NCBI GenBank assembly: GCA_965263355.1
Contig: CBDHHL010000032.1
Coordinates: 416,001 to 480,000, forward strand
DNA length: 64,000 nt
Direction of reading: 5' to 3'
Source of the DNA: Leptolyngbyaceae cyanobacterium
GTDB taxonomy: Bacteria; Cyanobacteriota; Cyanobacteriia; Phormidesmidales; Phormidesmidaceae
Shown here: one piece after another, positions 10,231 to 20,859 of the stretch
Layout: every line of letters starts with the position of its first letter
Numbering within the stretch: position 1 is the stretch's first letter
The notes under the pieces: generated by a model
The model's input: the letters and a program-made list of their open reading frames with translations, nothing else
Database searches by the model: none
Told to the model about the DNA's origin: nothing
Made by a program: the position numbers and the translations under genes

Positions 10231-10344
10231 CTACGCAGTTGGCTGACGATCAGGCAATACCCAGATAAGAATAGGGGTAAGTAAAATCATGGCTAAGGAA
10301 AAGCTAAAACAAATCCAAAGTCCTTCAATTTGAGCTGGTGTCAT
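10231..10344 (-). CDS. Small single-TM protein of 37 aa, missing from the ORF track
   Basis: MTPAQIEGLWICFSFSLAMILLTPILIWVLPDRQPTA*; GGAG ribosome-binding site ~9 nt upstream. Confidence 0.6.
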   Translation of the reverse strand: MTPAQIEGLWICFSFSLAMILLTPILIWVLPDRQPTA

Positions 10345-10575
10345 GACGGATTTCTCCAAAAGTATGGGATAAGGCGTCGAACAAGTGCTAAGTAAAAACA
10401 GTTAACCTGACGAGCCAATGACGGGTGAAGCCGTTATTGGCTATGCCCGCACTCAAAGTTACAAAACTTTCCCAGAGAATTCCCTAAAGAAATGTCCGTC
10501 TGTTAGAAACCGTAAAGTCTGCTTATTAAACTTTTACACAGCTATTGTCCAGTTGGGTTTTGTGGTTTACTCAAC

Positions 10576-12111
10576 CTACTTTGCCTGAACAAATCGATCT
10601 GCAGCCAGATGACGTAGTCGGTGAATGTCTTCGCGTCGAGAAATGGAGAGGGGAACGGTTGCTTTGATCGCCCGAACAAGGAGAGCCGTGTCTAACGAGC
10701 ACTGTTCGTGGATAGATTGATACAGGCTTGACACAATAATTTGCTGAATTTCTGCACCGCTAAAGCCCTCGGTTGCCTGGACCAGTTCGGTTAGGTCAAA
10801 ATTAGTCGGAACTTGGTTGTGCCGCTTCAGATGAATTGTCAGAATCGTGGCCCGGTCTTGAGGATCGGGTAAATCGACAAAGAAAATCTCATCAAAGCGT
10901 CCCTTACGGAGTAATTCAGGGGGAAGCTGAGAAATGTCATTGGCCGTGGCAACCACAAAAACTTCCTGGGATTTTTCCTGCAGCCAAGTTAAAAACGAAC
11001 CAAATAGACGACGGCTGAGACCGCCATCCGTATCCATGCCTTGGGCACCTCCCATGGTTTTTTCAATTTCATCAATCCACAATACTGCCGGGGACATTTT
11101 TTCTGCCAGGGAAACAGCTTGGCGAAAGTTCTTTTCTGAACCGCCCACATATTTATCGTAGAGTCGTCCGGCATCAAGTTTGAGTAGGGGCATTTGCCAC
11201 TCACGAGCAATGGTTTTAGCCGCTAATGACTTGCCACACCCCTGGATACCCACGATTAAAATCCCTTTAGGGGGCGTTAGGTTAAAGGCTTGAGCTTGGG
11301 GACTAAAACCCATGCGGGCACGGGCTAACCAATGCTTTAGGCCATCAAAGCCTCCCAGTTCGGCTGTATTTTTCTCAACTGGAATATAATCCAGCAAACC
11401 GCTTTCACGGATAATTTGCATTTTGCGTTCTAGCACCCGACCGATATCTTGTGAGGTCAAATGACCATCTTCCAAGGCCGCATAGGCAATTACTTTTTTA
11501 GTTTGGTTGAGAGTCATGCCCTGGGTCGTATTTACCAGGGTGCGCATTTCCTCTGGGCTAAGTTTGACCTTAATGCGTCCCCGTAGAGCCTGGACTGCGT
11601 CCACAATGGCTTTATGTAACTCGTCCCGGTCCGGCAAAGGCATATCAAAATAAACTGCCTCGTGGGCAATTTCCCTGGATAAGGAAACTTGCTCACCGGA
11701 AATTAGCAGGGTGGACTGGTTGTGGGAGAATTGTTGAGCTACTTCCCGAAAGAGTCGGGTAACGACCACATCGTCAAAGTGGGTGGCAAAGTCTTTGAGC
11801 CAGTAGACAGCGCGATGTTGAATAGCCTGCATATGGCGTAAGGCATCAATGGGCTCAGCGGTGTCAGTGTCGACCGCAGCACGGCTGGCTCCCGGTGGGG
11901 CATATTCATTTTGCCAACGGTTATAGCGATTTCCCTCTAACCGAACCAGACCCTGGGCAATACTCCATTCATAGACCGGGAGTTGCAAATCCAGGGTAGC
12001 TTTGTTGATCAATTTCTGGATGCGTTCTTCTTCAACCGTTTCCACCACAATGATGGGATGGAAGGACATGATTAAGGTTTGCAGGTGACGAACGCTGGCA
12101 GCAAAGGACAT
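10576..12111 (-). CDS. Ycf46-like AAA+ ATPase
   Basis: GIQGCGKS, LWIDEIEK, LLRKGRFDEIFFVDLP; ATG at 12111 preferred. Confidence 0.9.
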   Translation of the reverse strand: MSFAASVRHLQTLIMSFHPIIVVETVEEERIQKLINKATLDLQLPVYEWSIAQGLVRLEGNRYNRWQNEYAPPGASRAAVDTDTAEPIDALRHMQAIQHRAVYWLKDFATHFDDVVVTRLFREVAQQFSHNQSTLLISGEQVSLSREIAHEAVYFDMPLPDRDELHKAIVDAVQALRGRIKVKLSPEEMRTLVNTTQGMTLNQTKKVIAYAALEDGHLTSQDIGRVLERKMQIIRESGLLDYIPVEKNTAELGGFDGLKHWLARARMGFSPQAQAFNLTPPKGILIVGIQGCGKSLAAKTIAREWQMPLLKLDAGRLYDKYVGGSEKNFRQAVSLAEKMSPAVLWIDEIEKTMGGAQGMDTDGGLSRRLFGSFLTWLQEKSQEVFVVATANDISQLPPELLRKGRFDEIFFVDLPDPQDRATILTIHLKRHNQVPTNFDLTELVQATEGFSGAEIQQIIVSSLYQSIHEQCSLDTALLVRAIKATVPLSISRREDIHRLRHLAADRFVQAK

Positions 12112-12176
12112 AGGTAGACAATTCAGGCTATCTGGCTTTAAGATGCCCAGATAGCTATGCAAGGGGAAAGTGTAGG

Positions 12177-13400
12177 CTAGCTGTTGTTAATAGGATTATT
12201 GGACTGATTAACATCATCATTAACTTCACTAGAATCTGGCGTGATTCCAGGTGAAGGGTCTGTTATTTCCAGGAGAGACTCTGTATTATCTGGTACACCA
12301 GCTAACGCTGTTTTCCAGGAAGCAAAGTCAGAAAATTCCCATTGGTCGAGAATGTCTTTGACCAAGAGTTCTTGCAACCAAATTTTGGCAACAACAGCTA
12401 GGGGTAAGGCTAAGACTAGACCAAGAAATCCAAAGATGGCAGCGAAACAAATTTGTGCAATTAAGGTAAATGCTGGTGGTAAAGAGATTTGACGGGCCAT
12501 AACCGTCGGTGTTAACCAGTAGCTTTCAATCTGTTGGATAATGGCGTACCAAATAATCACAGGGATAATTTTGAAGGGGTCATCTGTAAGGGCAACGATG
12601 GCTGGGAAAATAACGCTCAAGCTTGGTCCAACATTGGGAATGAAGTTTAGGACACCTGCTAGTAATGCGTTGGCAAAAGGGAATTCGATGCCCAATAGTA
12701 GTAGGCCAACAAAGCTGAGAAAGAAAATAAAAACAGAATTGAGGACAATGCCACCTAACCAATTACACAGAGCGACTTCACATTCCTGTAGAATGCCGTC
12801 TGCTCGTCGTCGATAAAACGATGGAATTAATCGCAGCAGTGAATTGCGATAAAGTGTGGGATTTCCTAAAAACATGAGGGATAGAATCACCACCAGGAGT
12901 ACTTGAAGCAGTACCCGCAGGGAAGAGTTAAAAAAGGAAAAGAAGTTGTTAAAAACATCAAGAACCGTTGAATCAGGAAAACTATCCCAGTTAAAGACTT
13001 CAACTGACTGCAGCCAGTTGAGAAATTCTTCTGATTCAGGAAATCGCAGTTGTCTAGGGAGTGCAACAGTCTGACCCAGGAAGTCTAAAATTTTGGCCAA
13101 AATGAAAGGGATTTCATCAATGCCGTCGATGATAACTTTAATTAATTCATTGAATTGGGCAATGAAGGGGGGGACAACGCCTAACAGAAATAACGTAATC
13201 GATAAAAAGCTTATACTTAGGACTATAGGAATAGTAAATTGCCTTGGAATACCGGTTCTCTGGAGACGTCGGACAAAGCTATTGAGTGCGATCGCAATGA
13301 TCACTGCCATAAACACCAGCAGCAAAATTGCACGAAGACTCCAAAGGATGTAGACAGTCGCTAAGATACTGAGCAGGCCAATCCATTCACCAAGTTTCAC
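12177..13400 (-). CDS. AI-2E family transporter
   Basis: NFIPNVGP, QQIESYWLTP, many TM helices. Confidence 0.9.
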   Translation of the reverse strand: MKLGEWIGLLSILATVYILWSLRAILLLVFMAVIIAIALNSFVRRLQRTGIPRQFTIPIVLSISFLSITLFLLGVVPPFIAQFNELIKVIIDGIDEIPFILAKILDFLGQTVALPRQLRFPESEEFLNWLQSVEVFNWDSFPDSTVLDVFNNFFSFFNSSLRVLLQVLLVVILSLMFLGNPTLYRNSLLRLIPSFYRRRADGILQECEVALCNWLGGIVLNSVFIFFLSFVGLLLLGIEFPFANALLAGVLNFIPNVGPSLSVIFPAIVALTDDPFKIIPVIIWYAIIQQIESYWLTPTVMARQISLPPAFTLIAQICFAAIFGFLGLVLALPLAVVAKIWLQELLVKDILDQWEFSDFASWKTALAGVPDNTESLLEITDPSPGITPDSSEVNDDVNQSNNPINNS

Positions 13401-13581
13401 AAGATACTCCTGACTGTTACTACAGCTAATTATGTCCTATTGGTCTAATGCTGGTCTTTGAGCTACATCACAACGGTTAGGCAGAATTCAGCCTAATCTA
13501 GCTAACTCAAGCAGAATATACTTCCCTCAAAAAAATAAATCTGACATTCATCTGACATTCAATCATTACCTTGATGCTATT

Positions 13582-15939
13582 TTGACTACCCCAACTCCCC
13601 AGTGGCAGTTGCCCGATGGCGAAACGATATCGACTGATTGGGTAGACCTTGTCCAAGCCGTTACAAATTTTGCTAGTCCTCCCAAGCATGCAGCTCAGTT
13701 GCTCTGGCAGCGGGGCATTTGTACCTCTGACCAGCTAAAGGCATTTATTCATCCTGATGCTTACGAACCTACGCCACCTGATGCTTTTGGAATGGAAATG
13801 CTCCAGGCAGTTAAACGTATTCTGCACGCGTTAGAGCGTGAGGAGACGGTTACGATTTGGGGCGATTTTGATGCCGACGGTATTACCTCTACCGCTGTAC
13901 TTTGGGATGGTTTGCGGCAATTCTTTCCCGCCGGACAACTCAATTACTTTATTCCTAACCGCCTAACCGATGCCCATGGCCTTTCGTTTCATGGCCTTGA
14001 TGTCCTGGCAGCCAATGGCACGAGTTTAGTAATCACCTGTGATAACGGCAGTACCAATATGCCAGAAATCGACCATGCTCGACAATTAGGGATAGATATT
14101 ATAATTACTGACCATCATACAATACCTGATAAACGCCCAGCTGTGGTTGCCATCATAAATCCACGCTATTTTGAGGCCGATCATCCCCTGGCAAATTTAT
14201 CCGGTGTTGCCGTGGCCTATAAGCTAGTAGAAGCTCTCTATGAACAACTGACACCATCCCGAGGCTTGCACGAACTGACCGATTTGGTGGCCATTGGTCT
14301 GATCGCGGATTTAGTTCAACTGAGTGGTGATTGTCGTTATCTCGCACAAATTGGTATTCGTCAGCTCCAGACCCATCTAAAGACCGATGCCCCCATTCGT
14401 CCGGGTGTGGCCCAGCTATTAAAGCTATGTCGTCGCACAGGGGACAGACCTACAGATATTTCCTTTGGCATTGGCCCTCGCATCAATGCCGTAAGCCGAA
14501 TCCAGGGGGATGCTCAATTTTGCGTTGATTTGCTCACCAGTGACGATCCAAACCACTGTCAAGCATTGGCGGAGCAGACAGAGTGGGCCAATACCCGGCG
14601 TAAGGTGTTACAAAAAGACGTGTATAACCAGGTCAGCCAGCGATTGTCCGAATTGGATATGGCTACGGTTCAAGTGATAGTGCTAGCCGATGCTCAATGG
14701 CCGACAGGGGTATTGGGCATTGTGGCCGGGCAGGTGGCCCAGGAATATGGCAAGCCCACTATTTTGCTAACGATTGATGGTGAGGTGGCACGGGGGTCAG
14801 CCCGGTCAGTGAATCGGATTGATCTTTATCAGCTGGTGACAGACCAGTCCCATTTACTAACGAGTTTTGGGGGCCATCCGTTTGCGGCGGGGATGACACT
14901 GCCGGTGGAAAATATTGGCTTGTTTAGCGATGCCCTAAACCGTCAACTGCGTCAGGTGGGGGTCGTCTCTGGGCCTATCATCACTGTAGATCTGGAGGTG
15001 AGCGTTTGTGAGCTAGGCAAGAATCTGTTTCAGCAATTGAATGTACTAGAGCCCTACGGCATGGGTAACCTGGTGCCGCGACTGCTAATTCGTAATGCCT
15101 GGTTTGACAATACTTGGCATCAAAAGATTAAGGATCCCGTGTCAAAGCGTAAGCTCAGGTTTATTAAAACTCACTTTTTGCTCAAGGACGACACGTCAAC
15201 AGCAGGCTTCCCAGGTCTATGGTGGGGGCATTACAAGGACGACTTGCCGATGGGCCGGTGTGATCTGGTGGTGGAACTGGATTTTAATGCCTATTCTCGG
15301 CAAAAGCAGCCCCAGTATGGGGGCTATGAGGTACGGTTGATTGATGTGAGAGCTGTGGCGACTAAGGTGACAGCTACACCGAAGCAGCAGGTAATTGATC
15401 GTCGTGCTCAGTCTGCTGAATCCGAGGTATCAGATGCGGTGGTAGTGACCCAATGTCCAACAACATGGCAAGAATTGTGGCCCTGGTTTCATCAGGCTAG
15501 CCAGCAGCAGAAACCTTTAGTACTGGCCTATGGCAAGCCTGAGCTTGAGCCTCCAGTTGAAGTTTGGAAGCAATTGGTAGGCCTTGCCAAATATATGGCG
15601 CGCACTGAGACAAGTGTGACGGTGGCAGAACTGATGACAAAATTGAAGATGGGAGAGGTGACTTTACGAGCTGGGTTGTTGGCGCTGGAAAGTTTGGGGT
15701 TTCGGCATAGGCAAACTGATCTTGATATGGCAATAGAAAGTGAAGGGGAGGCTCTGTCTTCCTTATCATCTCCATCTGCAACCCTAACTCTTACGTATGA
15801 TGTAACTCTGGCAGCAACAATAGAACAACAACAGGCTAAGCTCCGTTTGTTCTTGGCAAGTTTACGAGAAGAACAGTTCCAACAAAAGTACTTTTCTGAT
15901 ATGCCTGTAACTATTGCCCAAACGGTTATGAATCCATAA
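13582..15939 (+). CDS. recJ: ssDNA-specific exonuclease RecJ
   Basis: GDFDADG, ITCDNG, TDHH, GSARS, FGGHPFAAG. Confidence 0.93.
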   Translation: MTTPTPQWQLPDGETISTDWVDLVQAVTNFASPPKHAAQLLWQRGICTSDQLKAFIHPDAYEPTPPDAFGMEMLQAVKRILHALEREETVTIWGDFDADGITSTAVLWDGLRQFFPAGQLNYFIPNRLTDAHGLSFHGLDVLAANGTSLVITCDNGSTNMPEIDHARQLGIDIIITDHHTIPDKRPAVVAIINPRYFEADHPLANLSGVAVAYKLVEALYEQLTPSRGLHELTDLVAIGLIADLVQLSGDCRYLAQIGIRQLQTHLKTDAPIRPGVAQLLKLCRRTGDRPTDISFGIGPRINAVSRIQGDAQFCVDLLTSDDPNHCQALAEQTEWANTRRKVLQKDVYNQVSQRLSELDMATVQVIVLADAQWPTGVLGIVAGQVAQEYGKPTILLTIDGEVARGSARSVNRIDLYQLVTDQSHLLTSFGGHPFAAGMTLPVENIGLFSDALNRQLRQVGVVSGPIITVDLEVSVCELGKNLFQQLNVLEPYGMGNLVPRLLIRNAWFDNTWHQKIKDPVSKRKLRFIKTHFLLKDDTSTAGFPGLWWGHYKDDLPMGRCDLVVELDFNAYSRQKQPQYGGYEVRLIDVRAVATKVTATPKQQVIDRRAQSAESEVSDAVVVTQCPTTWQELWPWFHQASQQQKPLVLAYGKPELEPPVEVWKQLVGLAKYMARTETSVTVAELMTKLKMGEVTLRAGLLALESLGFRHRQTDLDMAIESEGEALSSLSSPSATLTLTYDVTLAATIEQQQAKLRLFLASLREEQFQQKYFSDMPVTIAQTVMNP

Positions 15940-15961
15940 GCGTTTGAATTGCGGACTTATC

Positions 15962-16354
15962 CTATGTAGGATTTGTGATCAGTAACTCCCTTGTATTCTC
16001 TGACAATAAAAACCAGCTGATGGTATTTTCTGTTCTTTCTTTAGCTAAATAGAGATCAAAGGGGCCAGATTCTTTTTTTTCTCTACTAGGGAACTGGATG
16101 ATGACTTGATAGGTACCTTGTACATGAAAGACATCGTCACCTTGGGGTTCTCTGAGGGTCACCTCTACTTGACGGAGTTTAAAGTTTGTTAGCTGAGGTA
16201 CTTTTGGAGCTAAATGAGCGACTAATGTCTGCTGGGTTTGGGCAATTTTCAGGGCTAGAGCCTGTTCCACCACTGATTGAGGTGGCAATTTGCCACTACA
16301 GGCTTGTAAAAGTAAAACTAAGCCAAGTAAGCATAACCAACGTAAAAGACTCAT
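15962..16354 (-). CDS. Hypothetical lipoprotein
   Basis: Lipobox LQAC after a hydrophobic signal. Confidence 0.7.
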   Translation of the reverse strand: MSLLRWLCLLGLVLLLQACSGKLPPQSVVEQALALKIAQTQQTLVAHLAPKVPQLTNFKLRQVEVTLREPQGDDVFHVQGTYQVIIQFPSREKKESGPFDLYLAKERTENTISWFLLSENTRELLITNPT

Positions 16355-16463
16355 AACCCCTTATTCACTAGCATTCTAATTTTAGAATCGCATTACCGGG
16401 ATGTGAAGTAGATCATTAAGGTAAAGTCTGGGACATAGTTCCCTTATTACTCTTGTTTTTTCC

Positions 16464-17378
16464 ATGACTGCCCTTCTTACCTTAAACTTGCAAGCATTTC
16501 TGTACGGTTCATTTACGCAGCAGCAGCAATTTGTTTGTAGCTTAGGGCAGGCCCTAGAGACCGTCGGCTTTTTCGCTCTAGAAAATCATGGTATTGATAA
16601 CGCTTTAATCAGATCTGCCTATGGTGCTGCCGCAGATTTTTTCACTCTGCCAGAGGCCATTAAACAAAACTATGAACGACCAGACATCCATCAACAGCGA
16701 GGGTTTACTCGCTTTGGTCAAGAACATGCAAAGGATAGTAATGCTCCTGATTTAAAGGAGTTCTGGCATGTCGGTCGTGAAGCAGATCTGGCGAATCCAT
16801 GGCCCCAGGAGGTGCCCCAATTTGAACCGTCGATGTCCATGCTCTATACGAATTTGGAAACATGTGCAGCTCACTTATTACAAGCCTGTGCTCTGTATCT
16901 AGGCCTACCTAGAAACTTTTTTGATCAAGAAGCTGCTCAAGGCAGAAGCATTTTGCGGATCTTGCACTACCCGCCTTTAGCAGAGAATAAGCCTATCAAA
17001 GGCCTTAGAGCCGCCCCCCACGAGGATATTAATCTGATCACCCTCCTCTGTGAGTCCACAGGGCCAGGTTTGGAACTACTACGGGCAGATGGCAGCTGGT
17101 TAGCCATTGAATCCCTACCCGGTCAGATTATTGTGGATACTGGGGATATGCTGCAAGCCTTAAGTAATGGTGTCTTTAAAAGCACGACCCATCGAGTGGT
17201 TAATCTAGATGGGCAACATCGTAGATTTTCTCTACCCTTTTTTATGCATCCCCGTTCAGACTTTGACCTTACGCCTCTGTCTAGTTGTGTCGAGTGTACA
17301 GGTGGCCTCTCCAGATTTCCATCCCAGACAGCGGGACAATACCTGCAGCAACGTCTTCAGGAAATTGGATTAGCGTAA
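16464..17378 (+). CDS. Isopenicillin N synthase-like 2OG-Fe(II) oxygenase
   Basis: HED...H (TTHRV)...RFS iron- and 2OG-binding motifs. Confidence 0.9.
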   Translation: MTALLTLNLQAFLYGSFTQQQQFVCSLGQALETVGFFALENHGIDNALIRSAYGAAADFFTLPEAIKQNYERPDIHQQRGFTRFGQEHAKDSNAPDLKEFWHVGREADLANPWPQEVPQFEPSMSMLYTNLETCAAHLLQACALYLGLPRNFFDQEAAQGRSILRILHYPPLAENKPIKGLRAAPHEDINLITLLCESTGPGLELLRADGSWLAIESLPGQIIVDTGDMLQALSNGVFKSTTHRVVNLDGQHRRFSLPFFMHPRSDFDLTPLSSCVECTGGLSRFPSQTAGQYLQQRLQEIGLA

Positions 17379-17511
17379 TTATATCCAGGTGGGGGACGCT
17401 AACACGGCATAATAGATACCAGTCAAAAGATACCAGCCAAACTCTATTCTTCGACTAGCTTAGTACAAGCCCTCGATTAGTTCACAACAAGCTTTCTTTC
17501 CTACTAATTCA

Positions 17512-18444
17512 ATGAACATTGCCGCTGCCTTACCAACTGCTATCGTTACCCTCCGTGAAGGCGTAGAAGCTGCACTGGTGGTTGGGATTGTTTTAGCCTG
17601 TTTAAATAAGGCTGAGAAATCCCATCTAAATCAGTGGGTTTTTGGTGGAGTGATAGCTGGTATGGTGGGCAGCATTCTAATTGGTTCGTTTTTAGGCCTG
17701 GGATTACATCAACTGCAGTATGTGATGCCTAATGCTGAGGGGCTGTTAAAACCGATCCTTGGAATTCTATTTGGCAGTATCGCCATCATCATGCTGAGCT
17801 GGATGTTGCTATGGATGACCCGTCAAGCCAGATCTTTAAAGGCAGAAATTAGTCAGACTGTCACCACAGCTTTAACGAATGAAGCAGTTGGTCTGAGTAT
17901 TTTTAGCTTGGTCTGCATTGCTGTGCTTAGGGAAGGATTTGAAACAGTTTTGTTTTTGTTTACTCAGCCCCAAACGTTAATGGGGAGTCTTTTGGGTGTG
18001 GGTATGGGGCTGCTGGGGGCTATATTAATTGGATTTGGACTGTTTAAATGGGGCGTTCGCATTAATTTGAAATTGTTTTTTCAAGTCATGGGTGTGCTGT
18101 TGTTACTGATTATTTCAGGACTCGTGGTATCGGTGTGTCGTAGCATTGATGTTACATTTGCCACCCTCAGTCAGTTCAACAGCCTTTCCCTGGACCTGTG
18201 TCTTGGATTTGGGCAGTCTTGTGTACTAGGTCCCCTGATTTGGGATATGAGCCAAATCTTGCCAGATAAACAGCTGCCAGGGGTGCTCTTAAAGGTATTA
18301 CTGGGATATCGCGATCACATCTACCTGATTCAGGTAATAACCTATGTCTTGTTCTGGCTTGTCATTGGTAATCGATATTTCCGCATCCTCAATCAACCGA
18401 TTAGCAAAAACACTCAAACTACGCCAATGTCTCCATCAGCCTGA
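17512..18444 (+). CDS. FTR1 family iron permease
   Basis: Two REGxE motifs (LREGVE, LREGFE); TM helices. Confidence 0.92.
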   Translation: MNIAAALPTAIVTLREGVEAALVVGIVLACLNKAEKSHLNQWVFGGVIAGMVGSILIGSFLGLGLHQLQYVMPNAEGLLKPILGILFGSIAIIMLSWMLLWMTRQARSLKAEISQTVTTALTNEAVGLSIFSLVCIAVLREGFETVLFLFTQPQTLMGSLLGVGMGLLGAILIGFGLFKWGVRINLKLFFQVMGVLLLLIISGLVVSVCRSIDVTFATLSQFNSLSLDLCLGFGQSCVLGPLIWDMSQILPDKQLPGVLLKVLLGYRDHIYLIQVITYVLFWLVIGNRYFRILNQPISKNTQTTPMSPSA

Positions 18445-18641
18445 AGAAGCATAGCGTTCCGCTTACCTTTTGCAACAACATTAGTATTTAATATACTAAA
18501 AATAACAATTTATAACCTACTGGCAGATCTAGATGAGGCCTGAATTCTAATCTGTCGGCAACAAACTTGACTGACTCAGAACCCAAACCTATTCATCTAA
18601 AAATGCCGCTTTCATTAGGCAATTAATAACGATTGACTTCG

Positions 18642-19019
18642 CTATGAGCTTCTAGGGCTACTGTCGGAATCGCTTTGATCCAGTAGACGCTCAAACCGAT
18701 CTTTTGACCAGCGGTCTGTTGCGTAGGAAATGGCGCTGATTTCAGCTAGCCGAATAAGCCACACTGTTCGCTGATAAGGATCATCCGGTAGTTCATCATC
18801 TTCGTAACCTTCCGCGACATCCACATCCACAACTTCCACGTAGTCACCGTCTAAATAAATAGGAATGCCCACTAGTCTTGTTCCTGGCATTCGAAACCAA
18901 ACTTCACTACCGGTGTGTAGAGCTTCTTCTAAGCGTTTGTAGAGTCGTGTTTGATTTGGAGCTTTGCAGGCGCGGGACTCTGATTCATGCTGGATGAGCG
19001 GTCGAGGGGTATTTTGCAT
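18642..19019 (-). CDS. Hypothetical protein, possibly Sm-like beta-barrel
   Basis: AAGGAG before ATG 19019; helix followed by beta-strand pattern. Confidence 0.65.
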   Translation of the reverse strand: MQNTPRPLIQHESESRACKAPNQTRLYKRLEEALHTGSEVWFRMPGTRLVGIPIYLDGDYVEVVDVDVAEGYEDDELPDDPYQRTVWLIRLAEISAISYATDRWSKDRFERLLDQSDSDSSPRSS

Positions 19020-19490
19020 GCTTCTCTCCTTTTGGTCAATACACAATGCCGTACACAGGCCACTTACTTGTTTAACAGCGATAGTTAAACCTACTTAAGC
19101 AAATGGTTTTAGAGCTGGACATCTGGCATATCTCTACCGAGGGACACCTCCTTTTGCTAATAAAACAAGTGAATAGAGTTAGTTCAGCGGCTTGCCTAGG
19201 GCCTAAACTAAACACCTATAGTAGGCAAGCATATTATAAGAATGCCCAAGTCTACTATAGGCAGAACCTTTCTAGGTAGTCTACATCATAACAATATAGA
19301 CGAGTAGACCTAACAATCAAGAGATTTCTCTGGCCTATTCGCCTTTCATTTACTACGGCTACAAACGATCTCAAAAAATGTAATAGTTGGCAAAATTGCC
19401 GAGCTTAAATCACTACACCCAAACTGAAGTAACGTCTGTCATTACCCCAGGGTGTATGGATTCAATTAGAAATGATTAAAATAAAGCCGT

Positions 19491-20018
19491 TTAGCTCTGC
19501 TTTACCCGCATTAAGGGCTGACCAAATTCTACTGGCTCGGCATTTTGGACTAAAATTTCTACAATTTCACCAGACACCTCAGCTTCTATTTCGTTCATCA
19601 GCTTCATCGCTTCAATAATGCAAACTGTTTGCCCAGGTTTAATGCGATCGCCTGTATCTATAAATGGGGATTCATCAGGTGCCGGCGAACGATAAAAAGT
19701 CCCCACCATTGGGGAGGTTATCTCGTACAAATCAGAGACACCAGCGGCATTAGGTGGTGCTGCCTCTGGTGCCGTCGCACCAGCAGCACTACTACTTACG
19801 GCTACTGGTGACGCTACTACCATAGGTGCCGCAGGCGGCGACACAGTTGTAGCAGCAGACATTGCTGCAGTATCCGAGGATAACACTACAGCTTGACTGG
19901 GAGCAGTAGCTTTGCGTAGGGTGAGCTCAAACTGGGGATTTTTAAGCGTCAGCTCAGCGATATCTGTTTGATCGAGAGCGGCAACTAGCTGACGAAGCTC
20001 ACTAAAATCCAAATCCAC
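19491..20018 (-). CDS. accB: Acetyl-CoA carboxylase biotin carboxyl carrier protein
   Basis: EAMKLMN biotinylation motif; Pro/Ala linker; downstream of efp. Confidence 0.97.
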   Translation of the reverse strand: MDLDFSELRQLVAALDQTDIAELTLKNPQFELTLRKATAPSQAVVLSSDTAAMSAATTVSPPAAPMVVASPVAVSSSAAGATAPEAAPPNAAGVSDLYEITSPMVGTFYRSPAPDESPFIDTGDRIKPGQTVCIIEAMKLMNEIEAEVSGEIVEILVQNAEPVEFGQPLMRVKQS

Positions 20019-20087
20019 TATTTACAACTCCAAATAAATGATCAGCAACACCTATCCTTTCTAAACCGATAAAGCAATCTAAAATAC

Positions 20088-20645
20088 CTATTCCCGACCG
20101 AGATAAGAATCGTTACGGGTATCAATTTTGATTTTTTCACCAATTGAGATAAATAAAGGCACCATCACCTGCGCACCTGTTTCAACTTTAGCGGGTTTGG
20201 TACCCCCAGTTGCAGTATCCCCCTTCACACCAGGGTCCGTTTCGATTACCTCTAAAGTGACTGAATTAGGCAAATCAACTTCTAAAACTTGACCATTCCA
20301 ACGCAGTACAGTCACTTCCATCTCTTCCTTCAGATATTTTACCTGAGGTCCAATCTGCTCTTCTGAAAGCTGCGCTTCGTCGTAGGTTTCCATATCCATG
20401 AAAACGTATTGCTCGCCATCGCGATAGGTGTGTTGCATTACGCTCTTTTCTAAGATCGCTTGAGGAACTGTCTCCCCAGCACGAAACGTGCGTTCAACAA
20501 CGCTACCGGATTGTACATTCTTTAACTTGGTGCGTACAAATGCTGCCCCTTTTCCAGGTTTTACATGGAGGAATTCCACTACTCGCCACACGGAACCATC
20601 AAGTTCAATGCTAGTACCGGTGCGAAAATCATTGCTAGAGATCAT
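20088..20645 (-). CDS. efp: Elongation factor P
   Basis: [18 protein letters not shown]. Confidence 0.98.
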   Translation of the reverse strand: MISSNDFRTGTSIELDGSVWRVVEFLHVKPGKGAAFVRTKLKNVQSGSVVERTFRAGETVPQAILEKSVMQHTYRDGEQYVFMDMETYDEAQLSEEQIGPQVKYLKEEMEVTVLRWNGQVLEVDLPNSVTLEVIETDPGVKGDTATGGTKPAKVETGAQVMVPLFISIGEKIKIDTRNDSYLGRE

Positions 20646-20859
20646 GGTGCTGGCAGACAGTAGATTGACAGTCGGCGGTTAACAGTCGGCAACTATTGTA
20701 CAGCTCAGCGGTCATTTAGCCGTATGGTTATTCAACTATGGTGACCAATGCAGCCAGTGATACAACATCGCTAACCATAAACCAGGTAGCTATCTGATAC
20801 GAGCCACACTATGGCAAGATCGTAAAGGTTTGTCACGCCGTTATCGTTAATTTCCAATT

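Noticed and set aside
16464..17378. Beta-lactam biosynthesis (true IPNS)
   Set aside because: No ACV synthetase or related genes nearby; generic 2OG-Fe(II) oxygenase
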